Shown in pieces: positions 25,607 to 28,995 of a DNA stretch of 28,995 nt (position 1 is the stretch's first letter; every line of letters starts with the position of its first letter). The translations under genes and the position numbers were made by a program. Source of the DNA: Thermoproteota archaeon (GTDB lineage: Archaea; Korarchaeota; Korarchaeia; B14-G2). The notes under the pieces are model-generated. The model did not search any database and was not told where the DNA came from. It saw nothing but the letters and a program-made list of their open reading frames with translations. The stretch is taken from the NCBI GenBank assembly GCA_037917675.1, contig JAVCBW010000012.1, forward strand, positions 1-28,995. The letters run 5' to 3'.

Positions 25607-26018
25607 CTCTGCTAGATGGCTCTAACACCACTATGCTGCCAGCAGGCAGCTCAGCAGCACCCGTAACATAGACTCCACAGCTAACTGCAACCCTATGCTC
25701 ACAGAGTCTAGGTGGAAAGCTGCTCCAGTCGACTCCATCATATAAGACTTCAACGATACCTCCAGCTATCCTCACAGCATAGCTAAAGCCTCCAGCTAAA
25801 GAGATCTCACTAGGCTCTGGAAGCCTATACTCTACAGAGACTCTAGTTGAGTTCACAAGCCTCAGGGTTAGAGCTAGGTCCTCAGCTAGCTCGAGTGCAA
25901 ACCTCCTCCTCATCTCAGCTGAGACAGCGATGCCAAGTGATACAGAGGCTGTCAGCATGAAGACGCCTAGAGCCAGGTAAGCTGCCTTCACAAGGTCAGC
26001 CACCATCAACCACCTCAA
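25581..26018 (-). CDS. N-terminally anchored small protein, function unknown
   Basis: The N-terminus is MRWLMVADLVKAAYLALGVFMLTASVSLGIAV, followed by a beta-rich domain containing Cys. It overlaps the upstream gene by 23 nt. Confidence 0.5.
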   Translation of the reverse strand: MRWLMVADLVKAAYLALGVFMLTASVSLGIAVSAEMRRRFALELAEDLALTLRLVNSTRVSVEYRLPEPSEISLAGGFSYAVRIAGGIVEVLYDGVDWSSFPPRLCEHRVAVSCGVYVTGAAELPAGSIVVLEPSSRGVFVGGCG

Positions 26019-26391
26019 ACCCTACATTGACTCCCAGATCAGATCTCTCAGCCCTAATCTTCAAGAGCCCCTCTGGAAAGAAGCTTGGTGCCCTAACTGG
26101 GATGGGGTAGTAGTAGGCTACTGCCTGGCCACCTAGCTTAAAGACCAAGATGGTCTCTAGGCCACACCTAGACTCCACCTCGACACCAGGGCAGTAGACA
26201 ATCTTCACAGCACACCCACCATAGAGCACCGAGCATATGCTTGAGTCTACTTCACAAGAGAACTCAAGCAGAGCTCTTCTCTCACGGGCCTCAAGCAGCC
26301 TCTTGAACCCGAGGCTCAGGTCTTCTCCTAGAGCAGCTAAGAGAGCTAAGCTAGCTAAGAGCATGAGGGCCTGAGCTATGATCCTGCTCAA
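25996..26391 (-). CDS. N-terminally anchored Cys-rich small protein, function unknown
   Basis: The N-terminus is (TTG)MSRIIAQALMLLASLALLAALG, followed by a domain with 6 Cys. An alternative start is ATG 26364. It is the first gene of the minus-strand operon. Confidence 0.5.
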   Translation of the reverse strand: MSRIIAQALMLLASLALLAALGEDLSLGFKRLLEARERRALLEFSCEVDSSICSVLYGGCAVKIVYCPGVEVESRCGLETILVFKLGGQAVAYYYPIPVRAPSFFPEGLLKIRAERSDLGVNVGFEVVDGG

Positions 26392-26435
26392 GCATACCCC
26401 AAGGTATAAGGGACAGAACAGTATAACTTACCAGC

Positions 26436-27476
26436 ATGAAGCTCAGAGACAGAGACTCAGTAGTCCTATACAGCGGTGTGATAATGAGAGTGCTAGGCTA
26501 CACCCACCCTCCATTAGGCTGGGTGTGTGAGCCAGAGTATACTCCGCCTAGCGTCTTCAAGTCGAGGAACCCAAGATCTCCAAGAGGATATCCCAAGGTA
26601 ACCTACCATAAGCTCTATGGAAGAGAGCCTATAGAGCTTGTTGAAAGGAACCCTGAGCTCACAGTGGTACACCCACACCTCAACACGAGGGTTCCTGGAG
26701 CACCTGCATACCTCATCAAGGAAGCTAGGAAGCCTGAGGAGTCTCTGAGGAGGCTGATGCCAGCATGTGGAGACGAGCTCACAAGAGAGCTCAAGAAGAT
26801 AGTAGAGCTCATAGAAGACCACACTCAGATACATCTAGAGGACCTGGGTGTATTCGGGTCGATCCAGCATGGCTTCCACCACCCAAGGCTATCAGACATA
26901 GACCTGACAGTCATAGGGTCAAGGAATGCTAGGGAGCTAGCTGAGTTCCTCGAGGAAGCCTATAGGGATCCAGCTACCCCCCTAGAGCAGGAGTACAGAG
27001 CGCGGCTACGCTACTATGCCAGCAAGCCATACTGGAGCACCTTCCTGACGCCGAGAGAGCACCTATGGCACCAGCTGAGGAAGCCATACTATGCAGTCTA
27101 TACCACATGGAGAGAGGTAAAAGTAGAGTTCCACCCTGTGAAGGCTTGGAGTGAGATAAGGGGAGAATGCCTCCAGATAAGGAGGATAGGGGAAGCTGAG
27201 GCGAAGCTAGAGGTCATAGACGACTCAGAGTCCATATACATACCGTCAACATGGCTTGTGGAGCCAGTGGAGGGGCCGCCAGTAGAGAAGGTAGTCTCAT
27301 ACATAGAAGACTTCAAGATGCAGGCTAAAGCAGGTGAAACAATGCTAACAGCAGGAGTACTTGAGGAAGTAAAGTCTCCAGCAGGAAGCTACCTCCAGAT
27401 CACAATCACACAGAACCCCCACCTACATGCTCATGGAATAAAGGTGGTGAAGGGATGTATAGAGATGGAGATATAG
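26436..27476 (+). CDS. Pol-beta-superfamily nucleotidyltransferase with N-terminal beta domain and C-terminal OB-like domain (COG1665-like, function unknown), paralog A
   Basis: Has the NTase signature FGSIQHGFHHPRLSDIDLTV (G-S-x10-S-D-I-D). The N-terminal motif VLGYTHPP is shared with paralog B. The C-terminal 100 aa is beta-rich. The assignment to COG1665 is from memory. Confidence 0.75.
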   Translation: MKLRDRDSVVLYSGVIMRVLGYTHPPLGWVCEPEYTPPSVFKSRNPRSPRGYPKVTYHKLYGREPIELVERNPELTVVHPHLNTRVPGAPAYLIKEARKPEESLRRLMPACGDELTRELKKIVELIEDHTQIHLEDLGVFGSIQHGFHHPRLSDIDLTVIGSRNARELAEFLEEAYRDPATPLEQEYRARLRYYASKPYWSTFLTPREHLWHQLRKPYYAVYTTWREVKVEFHPVKAWSEIRGECLQIRRIGEAEAKLEVIDDSESIYIPSTWLVEPVEGPPVEKVVSYIEDFKMQAKAGETMLTAGVLEEVKSPAGSYLQITITQNPHLHAHGIKVVKGCIEMEI

Positions 27477-28429
27477 TAGTAACCAGAGACAACCTCGTGT
27501 TCACAGTGCTAGGCTACACTCATCCTCCATCTAGAGTGATAGCTATCCTAAAGTACATACCTGAGGAGCTAAAGCACCTCTTCCCAGGAAGGTATGAGGA
27601 GGCTAGGTGGAAGCTGGCAGAGACAACTCTGCTCAGGCAGGTGGATGCTCTGGCTCCAGGAGGCTACATGAGGGCGCTCAGAGCGCTAAGAGAGCACCTC
27701 CCAGCCTACACCTACTACTGCCCATACCTCAACAAGCTACTCATAGCTGTACCTACATCGAGAATAGAGCTCCACATAACACCACAGGAAGGCAGGCTTC
27801 TCCTAGAGGGGAAGAAGAGGAGAGATCCCCTAGAGCAGAAGGCTATAGGCCTCATTCAGCTCCTAGAGAGGGAGGCAAAGCTGCCAGAGCACACGGTAGG
27901 TCTAAGAGGGTCCATAGCCCTACAGATGCATACACCAAGCTCAGACATAGATCTGACAGTAGAGGGGGCAGAGAACTATGTTAGAGCAGTAAAGGCAGCA
28001 CTCACCTTGGAGGAAAGAGGAGTTCTCAAGGTCTCTAGAGCAAGCTGGATTGAAAAGCGGAGGCTAAACCGCGGGACATACAGGGGAGCCAGGTTCGTAG
28101 TCAATGCAGTGAAGCCACTACACGAGATAGCAGAGAGGTATGGAGAGAAGCGCTACAGGCAAGTAGCTAGGATCAGAGGCACATGTGAGGTCACAGACAG
28201 CAGGCTATCCCACTACAGGCCTGCAGCATACAGGATACATGCAGCAACAAGCCCAAGCCCAGAATACCTGACATCATGGAGTGGAGAGCACAGAAGCTTA
28301 TTCCAAGAGGGGGAGCAGGTAGAGTTCAAGGGGACACTAGAGCTGGTCTCAGATAAGAGTGGAGTATACTACCAGGTGGTAGTTGGGACAGCACCAGGAG
28401 ACTACCTGAAGCCAAAAATAGAGGATTAG
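27455..28429 (+). CDS. Pol-beta-superfamily nucleotidyltransferase with N-terminal beta domain and C-terminal OB-like domain, paralog B
   Basis: Has the NTase signature RGSIALQMHTPSSDIDLTV and an N-terminal VLGYTHPP. It overlaps paralog A by 22 nt. It has the same three-part layout as A, but overall identity to A is low. Confidence 0.75.
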   Translation: MYRDGDIVVTRDNLVFTVLGYTHPPSRVIAILKYIPEELKHLFPGRYEEARWKLAETTLLRQVDALAPGGYMRALRALREHLPAYTYYCPYLNKLLIAVPTSRIELHITPQEGRLLLEGKKRRDPLEQKAIGLIQLLEREAKLPEHTVGLRGSIALQMHTPSSDIDLTVEGAENYVRAVKAALTLEERGVLKVSRASWIEKRRLNRGTYRGARFVVNAVKPLHEIAERYGEKRYRQVARIRGTCEVTDSRLSHYRPAAYRIHAATSPSPEYLTSWSGEHRSLFQEGEQVEFKGTLELVSDKSGVYYQVVVGTAPGDYLKPKIED

Positions 28430-28430
28430 G

Positions 28431-28979
28431 CTATGGGTACACCAGCTCTATGATGTCTGCTGGGTCAGCTTTCCCATTCCTATTCCTGTCGACCCAGTGG
28501 ATTATGTAGACTCCAGCTGGCTTCTCTCTATACTTACAACTGCTTACCCACAATGCTCCAGCTGCAGTCCCAAACCTAGAGATCCCCTGGATGAAGTAGA
28601 TGAGCCTGCCATCCTGCTCATACCCCCCTATCACAGCCCAGTCCTCTTTCCCAAACATGTCATATGTCATCTTGTATTCCCTGCCAGCATAGACCAGCTT
28701 TATCCCATCAGCCTCCTTCACAAACTCTATTCCAAGCAGCCCATTGACCTCAGCAGCCTCAGGTACAGCAATAGGCCCCCCCATAATGAACCAGTGCCTG
28801 TCAGGAGAAGCCTTACCTGCTGTAATCCTCATTCCAGAGAGCTCAATCAGCCCCTTCACCTTATAGTAGTGTACTGCATCGTCTCTTACGACGTAGTCTG
28901 GGGGCCTGAAGGGCGCACCAATCAGCCCCTTCACCTTATAGTAGTGTACTGCATCTATCTCATTAGATACATACACCAT
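28431..28979 (-). CDS. Hypothetical protein with duplicated DAVHYYKVKGLI motif and a Ca-binding-like D-x-N-x-N-G-x-x-D loop
   Basis: A 182-aa ORF starting from ATG 28979. The reading frame stays open to the window edge (28995), so the true N-terminus may lie outside the window. The C-terminal VDRNRNGKADPADI resembles an EF-hand or dockerin loop. Confidence 0.5.
   Translation of the reverse strand: MVYVSNEIDAVHYYKVKGLIGAPFRPPDYVVRDDAVHYYKVKGLIELSGMRITAGKASPDRHWFIMGGPIAVPEAAEVNGLLGIEFVKEADGIKLVYAGREYKMTYDMFGKEDWAVIGGYEQDGRLIYFIQGISRFGTAAGALWVSSCKYREKPAGVYIIHWVDRNRNGKADPADIIELVYP
28846..28955. repeat. Perfect 35-bp direct repeat (two copies, 75-nt period) inside a CDS
   Basis: The sequence atcagccccttcaccttatagtagtgtactgcatc occurs at 28846-28880 and again at 28921-28955. 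The 40 nt between the copies are unrelated. Confidence 0.9.
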
Positions 28980-28995
28980 GGGCTTTTCGAGAGTG

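Noticed and set aside
26436-28429. The tandem NTases as a CBASS/CD-NTase-type or MNT-HEPN-type defence module.
   Set aside because: The locus has no effector, HEPN partner, cyclase-specific features or mobile-element context. The flanking genes are housekeeping genes (tatD, radA). The domain layout (N-terminal beta domain plus OB-like tail) fits a conserved archaeal housekeeping-type NTase better.
1-28995. A CRISPR array, IS element, integrase or provirus.
   Set aside because: I found no regularly spaced repeats, terminal inverted repeats, or transposase, integrase or capsid-like ORFs. The only exact repeats are the 35-bp intragenic pair and the paralog identity tract.

Overview
This window reads as a compact chromosomal segment from a hyperthermophilic crenarchaeon (Thermoproteota, Desulfurococcales-like); the taxon is an inference. 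The supporting evidence is RadA, an archaeal-type DtdA, a solitary 5S rRNA, a C/D-box sRNA, A/T-rich TATA-like boxes about 25-30 nt upstream of the first start codon of many transcription units (leaderless style), and GGAGG-type SD sites only in front of internal operon genes. I support about 37 protein-coding genes, one 5S rRNA and one C/D-box sRNA. I saw no CRISPR array, transposase, integrase or tRNA. Recognisable content: pstS; nickel-pincer cofactor genes larC-larE and larB, with no larA; a crotonase; an ABC-2 exporter pair; a stand-alone RAM-domain protein with moaA-moaC; a radical-SAM/SPASM enzyme with PadR; a HemK-like methyltransferase; a Toprim protein; DtdA; a large surface protein; a GTPBP1-like GTPase; NAPRTase; RadA; TatD. 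Regions that deserve a second look: (1) two tandem, translationally coupled genes that each fuse a DHDPS-family class I aldolase to a formaldehyde-activating-enzyme (Fae)-like domain, with a 62-nt gene-conversion-like identity tract between them; (2) a tightly overlapping minus-strand operon (24.1-26.4 kb) of small, Cys-rich, N-terminally anchored proteins with no recognisable domains, two of which have pilin-like class III signal motifs; (3) divergently transcribed from that operon, two tandem paralogous Pol-beta-type nucleotidyltransferases with an OB-like C-terminus and unknown function; (4) the radical-SAM/SPASM-PadR unit, which has a long N-terminal extension and a possible upstream sORF. 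All family assignments come from motif recognition by eye and memory. No database search was run.
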